DNA of 32,000 nucleotides from Fastidiosibacter lacustris. Its GTDB lineage: Bacteria > Pseudomonadota > Gammaproteobacteria > Francisellales > Francisellaceae. Of this stretch, positions 1 through 8,293 are shown piece after piece (position 1 is the first letter of the stretch; every line of letters begins with the position of its first letter). Under the pieces are notes generated by a model. It worked only from the letters and a program-made list of their open reading frames with translations, did not search any database and was not told where the DNA came from. The stretch spans positions 30,001-62,000 of the forward strand of contig NZ_QLIR01000001.1 of assembly GCF_003428155.1 (NCBI RefSeq), written 5' to 3'. The position numbers were made by a program, and so were the translations under genes.

Positions 1-2
1 CA

Positions 3-821
3 GTGATTGCTGAACATAACATCAAAGGAGAGGCATTAGCACTTATTTTAGATGGCTTTGGTATGGGAGAAGATGGGGTTGCAAGAGGTGGTGAGTTATA
101 TCACTGTAATATAGCTGAACTTAGCTTTAAGCAAATAGGTGAGCTTAGTCCTATGATTTATCTAGGTGGGGATAGAGTACAAAAAGAGCCCTGGCGTATG
201 GCCTTATCGTTATGTGTTGAACTTGCCCTTAGTGTACCAAACTATTTGTTAGAGCATCGAAATTCAAAAATATTCTTAGATTTGTTACAACAAAATAGCT
301 CAAGTTTACCTGTTACAACTAGTATGGGACGCTTATTTGACGGCATTTCAAGTTTACTAGATATCTGTCATTACAATAGTTTTGAAGGTGAGGCTGCTAT
401 GAAGTTAGAGGCATTAGCAATTACTCCTGTCGTTGACGAAGCATTGTTCAAATTAAATCCAAACAACCAATTGGATATTTCTTGGTTGATTAAAGCATTA
501 TTAAGTAGTTCAAACCAAACGCAGGCAAGTAATTTGTTTCATGGCACGTTGGCATATGCGTTAAGCGTTTGGATGGATAAAAATGCACAAGTCAAAGACA
601 TAAAACAAGTCATTTTAAGTGGTGGATGTTTTCAGAATAAAGTGTTATTGACGCTATTATTAGCGCATTTAAAAGAGAGGGGTTTAACTGTTTATATTCC
701 TGAGTCTGTCCCTGTAAACGATGGTGGTGTGAGCTTAGGGCAAGCCTGGTTTGCTGCTAAAAAATACCAGAAGGAGAAACAAAATGTGTTTAGCAATTCC
801 TGCACAAGTGATTGCACTTAA
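3..821 (+). CDS. hypF: [NiFe]-hydrogenase maturation carbamoyltransferase HypF, C-terminal part (5' end lies outside the window)
   Basis: Frame-3 ORF open from the window edge. LDGFGMGEDGVARGGEL and C-terminal PVNDGGVSLGQ resemble the Kae1-like C-terminal domain of HypF. It is immediately followed by hypC, hypD and hypE. Confidence 0.85.
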   Translation: MIAEHNIKGEALALILDGFGMGEDGVARGGELYHCNIAELSFKQIGELSPMIYLGGDRVQKEPWRMALSLCVELALSVPNYLLEHRNSKIFLDLLQQNSSSLPVTTSMGRLFDGISSLLDICHYNSFEGEAAMKLEALAITPVVDEALFKLNPNNQLDISWLIKALLSSSNQTQASNLFHGTLAYALSVWMDKNAQVKDIKQVILSGGCFQNKVLLTLLLAHLKERGLTVYIPESVPVNDGGVSLGQAWFAAKKYQKEKQNVFSNSCTSDCT

Positions 822-1005
822 AAAAGATCAACAGGCGCTTGTTAATGTTGGTGGAGTGCATAAAGAGATTTCTTTGGTGTTGCTGGCAGAAAATATTAAG
901 GTGGGTGAATACGTGCTTGTTCATGTGGGCTTTGCATTGAGTAAGCTTAATGAAGAAAAAGCCAAACAGACTTTAGCTGACTTTGCTCAGATGTTAAAAC
1001 AATGA
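784..1005 (+). CDS. hypC: Hydrogenase assembly chaperone HypC/HupF
   Basis: Canonical N-terminus MCLAIPAQV (Cys2), size about 73 aa. The ATG at 784 is preferred over the track start at 751. It overlaps the hypF 3' end by 38 nt. Confidence 0.85.
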   Translation: MCLAIPAQVIALKKDQQALVNVGGVHKEISLVLLAENIKVGEYVLVHVGFALSKLNEEKAKQTLADFAQMLKQ

Positions 1006-1014
1006 GGATCAGTC

Positions 1015-2127
1015 ATGAATTATATTGAGGTTTTTCGCGATCCTAGGGTAGCAAACAAGCTGATTGAAAAAATCCAAAAAGTAGCATTACCAGATAGAGA
1101 ATATCATTTAATGGAGTTTTGTGGTGGACATACACATGCAATCCATCGTTATGGGATTGCTGGGCTTTTGCCAAGTAATGTACATATGATTCATGGACCT
1201 GGATGTCCTGTTTGCGTTTTACCTGTTTCACGTGTTGATCAGGCAATTTTTTTAGCCAGACAAGAGAATGTCATCTTTTGTAGTTATGCAGATATGTTAC
1301 GGGTACCAGGTACAAACCAAGATAGTCTGATAAAAGCAAAAGCACGTGGTGCAGATGTTCGTATGGTTTACTCTATTGAAGATGCAGTAAAACTTGCTAT
1401 TTCTCAGTCAAATAAAAAAGTCATTTTTTTTGCAATAGGTTTTGAGACAACAACACCGCCTACTGCTGTTGCAATTGATACAGCAAATAAATCTGATATA
1501 GGCAACTTTTATATATTTTGTAATCATGTATTAACACCAGTTGCAATGGAAGCGATTTTATCAGATGAAGTTAAAATCAATGGTTTTGTTGGTCCTTCAC
1601 ATGTGAGTATTGTTATTGGTAGTAATGCTTATCATTCTGTAGCAACGAAATATCACAAGCCTATAGTGATTGCAGGATTTGAACCTTTAGATGTATTGCA
1701 ATCGATCTTAATGTTGATAGAAATGATCAATAACAATGAAATTGGTGTAAAAAATCAATATATTCGCGCAGTAAGTGCAACGGGTAATGAATTTGCTCAA
1801 AGGCTTATTCATACTTATTTGGAATTATGCCCAACGTTTGAGTGGAGAGGATTAGGTTTTATCCCTAAAAGTGCTTTAAAAATTAAACAAGAATATGCAC
1901 GTTTTGATGCGGAAGTGGAATTTGCTATTCCTCAGGGTGTTGTAGGTATTGAGCACAAAGCATGTGCTTGTTCTGATATTTTAAGGGGTATAAAAAAGCC
2001 AAAAGACTGCAAGTTGTTTGGTGTGGCATGTACCCCAGAGCAACCTATGGGAGCCTGTATGGTGTCTTCGGAAGGCGCATGTGCAGCGCGTTATCAATAT
2101 CAATGGTCTAGGGCTTCTTCTGTATGA
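1015..2127 (+). CDS. hypD: Hydrogenase formation protein HypD
   Basis: FCGGHTHAI, GPGCPVCV and IGFETTTPP motifs plus a C-terminal Cys-rich segment. SD-like GAGGA lies upstream of the ATG. Confidence 0.9.
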   Translation: MNYIEVFRDPRVANKLIEKIQKVALPDREYHLMEFCGGHTHAIHRYGIAGLLPSNVHMIHGPGCPVCVLPVSRVDQAIFLARQENVIFCSYADMLRVPGTNQDSLIKAKARGADVRMVYSIEDAVKLAISQSNKKVIFFAIGFETTTPPTAVAIDTANKSDIGNFYIFCNHVLTPVAMEAILSDEVKINGFVGPSHVSIVIGSNAYHSVATKYHKPIVIAGFEPLDVLQSILMLIEMINNNEIGVKNQYIRAVSATGNEFAQRLIHTYLELCPTFEWRGLGFIPKSALKIKQEYARFDAEVEFAIPQGVVGIEHKACACSDILRGIKKPKDCKLFGVACTPEQPMGACMVSSEGACAARYQYQWSRASSV

Positions 2128-3149
2128 GTGTGAAGATAAACTTTAATACAGGTGTAGTCGATATGGCAATAGGAGCAGGTGGTAAAGCCATGAATCGCCT
2201 TATTGATCAGCTCATGAAAAAAGCATTTGCCAATGATTACTTGTTACAAGGTGAAGATCAAGCCACCTTGCCAGAAATAAAAGGTCAACTTGCTATGACC
2301 ACTGATAATTATGTGATTACGCCTTATTTTTTTCCTGGTGGTGACATTGGAAGTCTTGCGGTATATGGTACAGTCAATGACCTTGTTGTAGGAGGCGCAA
2401 AGCCGTTATATTTATCGGTAGGATTTATTTTAGAAGAGGGGCTGCCTCTTAAAGATTTAAAAGAAATCGTAAACTCCATGGCAGAGGCTGCTAAAAAAGT
2501 CGGAGTTAAGCTTGTTACAGGAGACACTAAGGTTGTTGAAAAGGGCAAGGGAGATGGTATTTTTATTAATACAACTGGGCTAGGTGTAATTGAACAAAGT
2601 TTCGTTACAAGAACGCCCTTGCAAAAAGGAGATAACATTATTATCAATGGCTTTATTGCAGAACATGGTGTGGCTGTGATGTCTAAGCGTCAAGGTTTAA
2701 ATTTTGACTGTAATGTCAAAAGCGATGTAATGCCTTTAAATCGTTTAATTGACATGCTTTATCAATCAGGTTGTAAAGTCAAAACAATGCGTGACCCAAC
2801 TCGTGGTGGAGTTGGAGCAACGTTGAATGAATGGGCTTATCAGTATCAAGTTGGTATTTGTATAAATGAATCTGCTTTGCCAGTGGGTGAGGAAGTCCGT
2901 TCAGCCTGTGAGTTATTGGGCTTAGATCCTTTGTTTATTGCAAATGAGGGCAAGGTATTAATCGTATGTGAGGCACAAGAAACTGATAAAATCCTTCAAG
3001 GTTTACAATCTCAGCCAGAGGGGAAAGATGCAGCTGTGATTGCAAAAATAGAAAGTGAGAATGAGGCTTATGTCACGATGAAAACACGCTTTGGTGGTAT
3101 CAGACGCGTTGATTGGTTAAGTGGTGAGCAATTGCCAAGAATTTGCTAA
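2124..3149 (+). CDS. hypE: Hydrogenase expression/formation protein HypE (carbamoyl dehydratase)
   Basis: AIR-synthase-like sequence ending in the diagnostic C-terminal PRIC. ATGA start/stop overlap with hypD. Confidence 0.9.
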   Translation: MSVKINFNTGVVDMAIGAGGKAMNRLIDQLMKKAFANDYLLQGEDQATLPEIKGQLAMTTDNYVITPYFFPGGDIGSLAVYGTVNDLVVGGAKPLYLSVGFILEEGLPLKDLKEIVNSMAEAAKKVGVKLVTGDTKVVEKGKGDGIFINTTGLGVIEQSFVTRTPLQKGDNIIINGFIAEHGVAVMSKRQGLNFDCNVKSDVMPLNRLIDMLYQSGCKVKTMRDPTRGGVGATLNEWAYQYQVGICINESALPVGEEVRSACELLGLDPLFIANEGKVLIVCEAQETDKILQGLQSQPEGKDAAVIAKIESENEAYVTMKTRFGGIRRVDWLSGEQLPRIC

Positions 3150-3160
3150 AAGGAGAAAAT

Positions 3161-4267
3161 ATGAGTCAGTTTTATTTTTTACCACATACGAGTTTAGATG
3201 ATTTGATTCATTATTTAAAACAAGAGGGTTTTATGGTTAAAGCACCAATAGTAAGCGAAGGTGCGATTGTGTATGATGATATTGAAAAAGCAGCCGAATT
3301 ACCCTGGGGATACATTGATGAGCAATCTCCGGCGCATTATAAAGTAACAAAAACCAATGCTAAAGCTGCTTTTGGATGGAGCTTACCGGTACAGTCTGTT
3401 AAGCCGATGCTGTTTAAGGAAAAAGAAAAATTATGGCGAGTCAAGAGAGATAAAAATGGTACACTTCAGTTTGAGTCATGTTTAAATAAACGAAAGTATG
3501 CAGTGTTAGGTGTGAGACCTTGTGATTTACGGGCAATTGAAATTCAAGATCGTGTATTTATTGAAAATGCTTACCAAGATGTGCGTTATAAGGTGCGTCG
3601 TGAAGCGATGTTTATTATTGCAGCTAATTGTACAACCTGTCACAGCAATTGCTTTTGCATAAGTTTGGGAGATTCCCCTTTTGCTGATAAAGGTTACGAT
3701 TTAGCGATGACGGAAATTGATCATGGATTTGTTGTTGAGTCTGGAGGTGATAGTGGCAGAATGCTCATTGAATATTTGCAGTTGCAAGTAGCCAGCGGTG
3801 CGCAAACGCACATAGCCTATCAGAAGGTAAATGGTGTATATGGTAAACAAAACAAGTCTATTCCTCCCTTAGCACAAGTAGAAAAAGCACTTTTTGAAGA
3901 ACATGATCACCCAAAATGGGAGGATGTTGCTAAACGATGTTTATCATGTGGAAATTGTACACAAGCCTGCCCAACCTGTTTTTGTCATACTGAAAAAGAG
4001 TCACCAAGTTTAGATGGCAAAGAAAGCACACATGTACGGGAGTGGGATTCTTGCTTTGGTTTAGATCATAGCTATACGCATGGTAAGCTTTATCGAGACA
4101 AGCCAAAATATCGTTATAGGCAGTGGTTAACACATAAGTTTTCAACGTGGCGGGAACAGTTTCGTACCAAAGGTTGTGTTGGTTGTGGACGCTGCATTAC
4201 TTGGTGTCCGGTGAGTATTGATGTCACAGAAGAAATTAATATCATTTGTCAGGGGACAAATAAATGA
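3161..4267 (+). CDS. Hydrogenase beta subunit, 4Fe-4S protein (sulfhydrogenase HydB / AsrA-like)
   Basis: Two ferredoxin-type motifs ([16 protein letters not shown] and [12 protein letters not shown]) plus a [10 protein letters not shown] cluster, and RPCDLRAI as in AsrA/HydB-type proteins. ATG at 3161 behind AAGGAG is preferred to the TTG at 3143. Confidence 0.75.
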   Translation: MSQFYFLPHTSLDDLIHYLKQEGFMVKAPIVSEGAIVYDDIEKAAELPWGYIDEQSPAHYKVTKTNAKAAFGWSLPVQSVKPMLFKEKEKLWRVKRDKNGTLQFESCLNKRKYAVLGVRPCDLRAIEIQDRVFIENAYQDVRYKVRREAMFIIAANCTTCHSNCFCISLGDSPFADKGYDLAMTEIDHGFVVESGGDSGRMLIEYLQLQVASGAQTHIAYQKVNGVYGKQNKSIPPLAQVEKALFEEHDHPKWEDVAKRCLSCGNCTQACPTCFCHTEKESPSLDGKESTHVREWDSCFGLDHSYTHGKLYRDKPKYRYRQWLTHKFSTWREQFRTKGCVGCGRCITWCPVSIDVTEEINIICQGTNK

Positions 4268-5115
4268 TTTATCCACAAGATGCCTACCTGCCACACGAAG
4301 CAGAAATTATTGAGTTTATTAAGGATGCAGGAGATATTTTTACACTGCGATTGCGTATAATGAATGAGAAAGTGCGCCAATCTTATAGCTTTCAGCCTGG
4401 TCAATTTAATATGATTTATTTATATGGGGTAGGAGAGGTCGCGATTTCAATCGTTAATGATCGAGACTTTAGTCGTGAGCTATTTGAGCACACCATTCAA
4501 GTTGTTGGACGCGTCACAAAAGGCATACAGAAGTTAAAAGCAGGTGAAAAAATTGGTATTCGAGGTCCTTTTGGTAGTTGTTGGCCAATTGAACAAGCCA
4601 AGGGTAAAGACGTTGTGATCATGACAGGCGGACTAGGGAATGCACCTTTAGTAGCTGCAACAGAAATGATCCTAAAAAATCGTGATAACTACGGTAAGCT
4701 CTATGTTGTACAAGGGGTGCGTCATAGTGTGGGATTAATCTATCAGGATAAATACGTGCGTTGGCATAACACACACAATACAGAAGTGATTATTACGACA
4801 ACGGAAGGTAAACCTTTTGGACCGTGGAAATGGTATAACGGTTTTGTAACAGCAACAGTAAAAGATCTTAAACTGGATTACCAAAATACTTATGTGATGA
4901 GTGTAGGTCCTGAGATTATGATGAAAAATGTTGCTAAAGCTTTTATTGATATTGGCGTACCGGCAAATCAAGTTTTCGTGAGTTTAGAGCGGAGCATGAA
5001 ATGTGCAATTGGACATTGTGGTCATTGTCAAATGGGTAAAGAATTTATCTGCAAAGATGGTGCAGTTTATGCTTATCCTTCTGTAGAAAAACTGCTATCT
5101 ATTGAGGGGGTCTAA
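4264..5115 (+). CDS. Hydrogenase gamma subunit, FAD/NAD(P)-binding oxidoreductase with C-terminal 2Fe-2S site (HydG / AsrB-like)
   Basis: Ferredoxin-reductase-like layout: GQFNMIY...GEVAISI, then MTGGLGNAPL, then C-terminal CAIGHCGHCQMGKEFICKDG. ATGA overlap with the beta gene. Confidence 0.75.
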   Translation: MIYPQDAYLPHEAEIIEFIKDAGDIFTLRLRIMNEKVRQSYSFQPGQFNMIYLYGVGEVAISIVNDRDFSRELFEHTIQVVGRVTKGIQKLKAGEKIGIRGPFGSCWPIEQAKGKDVVIMTGGLGNAPLVAATEMILKNRDNYGKLYVVQGVRHSVGLIYQDKYVRWHNTHNTEVIITTTEGKPFGPWKWYNGFVTATVKDLKLDYQNTYVMSVGPEIMMKNVAKAFIDIGVPANQVFVSLERSMKCAIGHCGHCQMGKEFICKDGAVYAYPSVEKLLSIEGV

Positions 5116-5116
5116 G

Positions 5117-5929
5117 ATGTCAGCCCAAGACAAATTAAGTGGCTTATCAAGTAAACCAACGCTGGCGGTACATAAGTTTAGCTCTTGTGATGGTTGCCAA
5201 CTTGCATTTATTAATGATGGGGTTAAGCTCCTGAAACTATCAGAACTTGTTGAAATCAGGCATTTTGCAGAAGCAGGTCCTGTGGATGAAAATTGTAAAG
5301 TGGATATTGCAATTATTGAAGGCAGTATTAACACCCAGCATGATGTGCATCGTATTCAAAGGATTCGTGACAATAGTAGATATCTGATTGCAATGGGTGC
5401 GTGCGCCACAAGTGGTGGTATTCAAGCACTACGCAATAACACTAATAAAGCTGAGTTTAAAGAGTGGATAAAAGAGGTGTATCCACAACATACGGATGTG
5501 ATTGCTAAAGAGGAGCTTGATACGGTTAAAGCAATTGAAGATTATGTTGAAGTGGACTTTGAGGTTAGAGGTTGCCCTGTCAGTGGTGAGCAGATGTATC
5601 ATATGGTGCGTCAGTTATTGTTTAAAGTAGAGTCCGAGTCAATTGTTGATCCTGTGTGTACTTCTTGTAAACACAGAGGGATTACTTGTGTCATAGTTGC
5701 ATATAATGAACCATGTTTGGGACCTGTTACTGCTGATGGTTGTGATGCACTTTGTCCAAAAATTAATAGAGGTTGTTATGGCTGTTATGGTGTTTCAAAA
5801 TATGCCAATTTTGATGCAATGACAGCAAAACTTAAATCAATGGGGCTTACTGATGAACAAATTGCTCGTAAATATCATTTTATCAACAATCAGCAACAAG
5901 GCTTTAAACAAGCAGGAGATAAGCAATGA
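5117..5929 (+). CDS. [NiFe]-hydrogenase small (delta) subunit, NuoB/20-kDa family
   Basis: SSCDGCQL, GACATSGGIQ and RGCPV motifs plus a C-terminal Cys-rich region for additional clusters. ATG at 5117 lies 1 nt after the gamma stop, behind GAGGGGG. The track start at 5102 is a TTG inside gamma. Confidence 0.8.
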   Translation: MSAQDKLSGLSSKPTLAVHKFSSCDGCQLAFINDGVKLLKLSELVEIRHFAEAGPVDENCKVDIAIIEGSINTQHDVHRIQRIRDNSRYLIAMGACATSGGIQALRNNTNKAEFKEWIKEVYPQHTDVIAKEELDTVKAIEDYVEVDFEVRGCPVSGEQMYHMVRQLLFKVESESIVDPVCTSCKHRGITCVIVAYNEPCLGPVTADGCDALCPKINRGCYGCYGVSKYANFDAMTAKLKSMGLTDEQIARKYHFINNQQQGFKQAGDKQ

Positions 5930-7257
5930 GTTTCATTGCAAAAAGCACTAAAAAAATAGAAGTCCCTATTTTAGCGCGTGTTGAAGGAGAGGGTGCGCTT
6001 GATTTAGAGATTACAGATAATGAAATCAGCAAATGTCACGTTCGTATTTATGAACCTCCGCGCTATTTTGAGAAATTTTTAGAAGGGCGTGAGCCTAATG
6101 AGATCATTGATGCTGTTGCACGTATTTGTGGTATTTGTCCTATGGCCTATCAGATGAGTGTTGTAACGTTAATGGAAAAAGCGTTTGGTGTTGAGGTGAC
6201 CTCTTGGATTAAAGCAATGCGTCGTGTGATGTATTTAGGTGAGTGGATGGAGTCACATTATCTACATACTCACATTTTAGCAGCGCCTGATTTTTTAAAG
6301 TATCATTCTGCGATTGAAATGGCAAAAGACTTCCCAAATGAAATCAAACGCGGTGTTAAATTGCAGCACCTGGGCAATGATATTTTAGCTCTTTTTGGAG
6401 GGCGTTCTGTTCATCCTGGTGCAATTAAAGTTGGTGGTTTTTATCGTGCGCCTAAACCAAAAGAAATCAAAGCACTTATTCCACGCTTACAAGAAGCATT
6501 GACTGATGCTAAAGATGTGGTACTGTGGTTTGCAACTTTACCTTATCCTGATGTAAATTTTGATGAAATTTTACAAGTATCATTAATGGATCAAAGTGGG
6601 CAATATCCGGTTATTGCTGATCATGTTGTTACAAATAAAGGAGAGAGCTTCCCAATTGAAGATTGGGATCAATATTTTTATGAATTTCATGCCCCACAAT
6701 CCACGGCACTGCATTCAACACGTGATGATAAACCTTATATGACGACACCATTGACACGCTTAAATTTAAATTTTAATAAATTACCACAAGAAGTACAGGA
6801 TTTAGCTAATAGCACAGGCGTCTCTTTCCCAAGTAATAACATCTTTCATAGCATCTTAGCACGTTCAATTGAGTGCTATTACGCTATAGGTGAGATTTTA
6901 CGTATTTTGAAAAATTATGAGTATCCAGAAAAGCCTTATGTGGATGTGACTTACAAAGCAAGTAAGGCGTGGGGAGCAAGTGAAGCGCCACGTGGTATTC
7001 AAATTGACTACTTTGAGTTTGATGATGAAGGACGGGCTACCAAAATACGCATTACCCCACCAACTGCGCAAAACTTGGCATGTATGGAAGCAGATTTAAA
7101 GCAATCACTAACTCAGTTTGGGTTGGATAAATCCGATGATGAGCTAAGAGTGTACGCTGAAATGGTGATACGTAACTATGATCCTTGTATTTCATGTTCA
7201 GCACATTTTTTAACTTTAAATCTAGAGCGAATCAGCAGTACAGAAATAGAGAAATAG
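5926..7257 (+). CDS. [NiFe]-hydrogenase large (alpha) subunit, group 3b-like
   Basis: N-terminal Ni-binding RICGIC and C-terminal DPCISCSAH motifs. The 443-aa size fits cytosolic group 3 enzymes. ATGA overlap with the delta gene. Confidence 0.85.
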   Translation: MSFIAKSTKKIEVPILARVEGEGALDLEITDNEISKCHVRIYEPPRYFEKFLEGREPNEIIDAVARICGICPMAYQMSVVTLMEKAFGVEVTSWIKAMRRVMYLGEWMESHYLHTHILAAPDFLKYHSAIEMAKDFPNEIKRGVKLQHLGNDILALFGGRSVHPGAIKVGGFYRAPKPKEIKALIPRLQEALTDAKDVVLWFATLPYPDVNFDEILQVSLMDQSGQYPVIADHVVTNKGESFPIEDWDQYFYEFHAPQSTALHSTRDDKPYMTTPLTRLNLNFNKLPQEVQDLANSTGVSFPSNNIFHSILARSIECYYAIGEILRILKNYEYPEKPYVDVTYKASKAWGASEAPRGIQIDYFEFDDEGRATKIRITPPTAQNLACMEADLKQSLTQFGLDKSDDELRVYAEMVIRNYDPCISCSAHFLTLNLERISSTEIEK

Positions 7258-7265
7258 AGAAATAG
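7242..7265 (+). repeat. Three perfect tandem copies of the octamer AGAAATAG spanning the hydrogenase alpha stop codon and ending 2 nt before the nickel-permease ATG
   Basis: Read directly: copies at 7242-7249, 7250-7257 and 7258-7265. Each carries a TAG and the three TAGs fall in three different frames. Confidence 0.95.
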
Positions 7266-7267
7266 TC

Positions 7268-8194
7268 ATGTGTGATAAACGGTTTTTTGGTAAGTTTATT
7301 ATAGTTAGTATAGTTTTATGGGTCGTATTTGGATTGATGTTCTATCAGCATTTGTCGTTATTAGGCATGGTGTTTATCGCTTTTGTACTAGGTTTAAGAC
7401 ATGGCTTTGACGTTGATCATATCGTGGCAATTGATAATATTACACGTAAACTCGCAGCAAGTGATAAACCAAGTATCACAACAGGCTTGTTTTTTGCTTT
7501 GGGACATTCTACTGTCGTATTTTTGCTGACTTTTTTTGTAATACTCGGTGTAAGTTTAACTCAAACAGAAAAAGTAGGTGTGTTAGCAACAGGTGCGCTT
7601 GTCGGTAGCATTGTATCAATTACATTTCTATGGCTTACCGCGAGCATGAATGTTGTATCTTTGTACCATATGGTTAGGCGTAACCAAAGTAAACATCTTT
7701 ATTCGCCCTTAGCACATTGGCTTAGACCTATTTTTAAATTGATTGATAAACCTTATAAAATGTATCCAGTTGGATTTTTGTTTGGGTTAGGGTTTGATAC
7801 GGCTACTGAAATCGCTCTTTTAGGGTTGGCAGCAAGTGTGTCTTTACAGGGCGAGTCTATATGGCTTATTTTGTGTTTGCCGATTGCATTTGCATTAGGA
7901 ATGACATGGGTTGATTCGTTGGATGCAATTATTATGACAAAGCTGGTTGATACAAACAGCTTGAATTCATCTAAATATAAGCACTTTAACATTACGGTAT
8001 TATTAATTGTTATCTTTGCTGCGTTTAGTGTTGGCTTTATCCAATTATTTAGTTTAATTGGCATTAAAATGTATGACATGGTAGGTTTTGTTTTAGATTA
8101 CTCACCGTGGTTTGGAGCAGCAATTGTTTTGATCTTGCTTTTATTACTGATATTCATGCGTTTAAAAGAGAGTTTAAGGATAACTCCTAATTAA
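7268..8194 (+). CDS. hoxN: HoxN/HupN/NixA-family nickel/cobalt permease
   Basis: Signature HGFDVDHIVAIDN in an early TM helix and LGFDTATEIALL later. Polytopic hydrophobic protein directly downstream of the hydrogenase. Confidence 0.85.
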   Translation: MCDKRFFGKFIIVSIVLWVVFGLMFYQHLSLLGMVFIAFVLGLRHGFDVDHIVAIDNITRKLAASDKPSITTGLFFALGHSTVVFLLTFFVILGVSLTQTEKVGVLATGALVGSIVSITFLWLTASMNVVSLYHMVRRNQSKHLYSPLAHWLRPIFKLIDKPYKMYPVGFLFGLGFDTATEIALLGLAASVSLQGESIWLILCLPIAFALGMTWVDSLDAIIMTKLVDTNSLNSSKYKHFNITVLLIVIFAAFSVGFIQLFSLIGIKMYDMVGFVLDYSPWFGAAIVLILLLLLIFMRLKESLRITPN

Positions 8195-8293
8195 GTAAAG
8201 AGAAGGAGCTTCGGCAGATAAAAAACACTTTCGCTTCACTTGTCGTTTGTTACAATGAATGCTATTCAAATTGATTGAAGGGTTTTATCTTAG

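Noticed and set aside
751-783. Longer hypC start (MLLKNTRRRNK-) given in the track.
   Set aside because: HypC proteins start with Met-Cys, and the Cys2 is functionally essential. The ATG at 784 gives MCLAIP.
2324-2647. Antisense ORFs of about 100 aa inside well-supported genes: 2324-2647, 7753-8079, 9121-9480, 9480-9758, 12463-12747, 30110-30418, and similar smaller ones.
   Set aside because: They lie fully within strongly motif-supported genes on the opposite strand, have low-complexity or odd composition, and show no SD or recognisable motifs. They are typical shadow ORFs.
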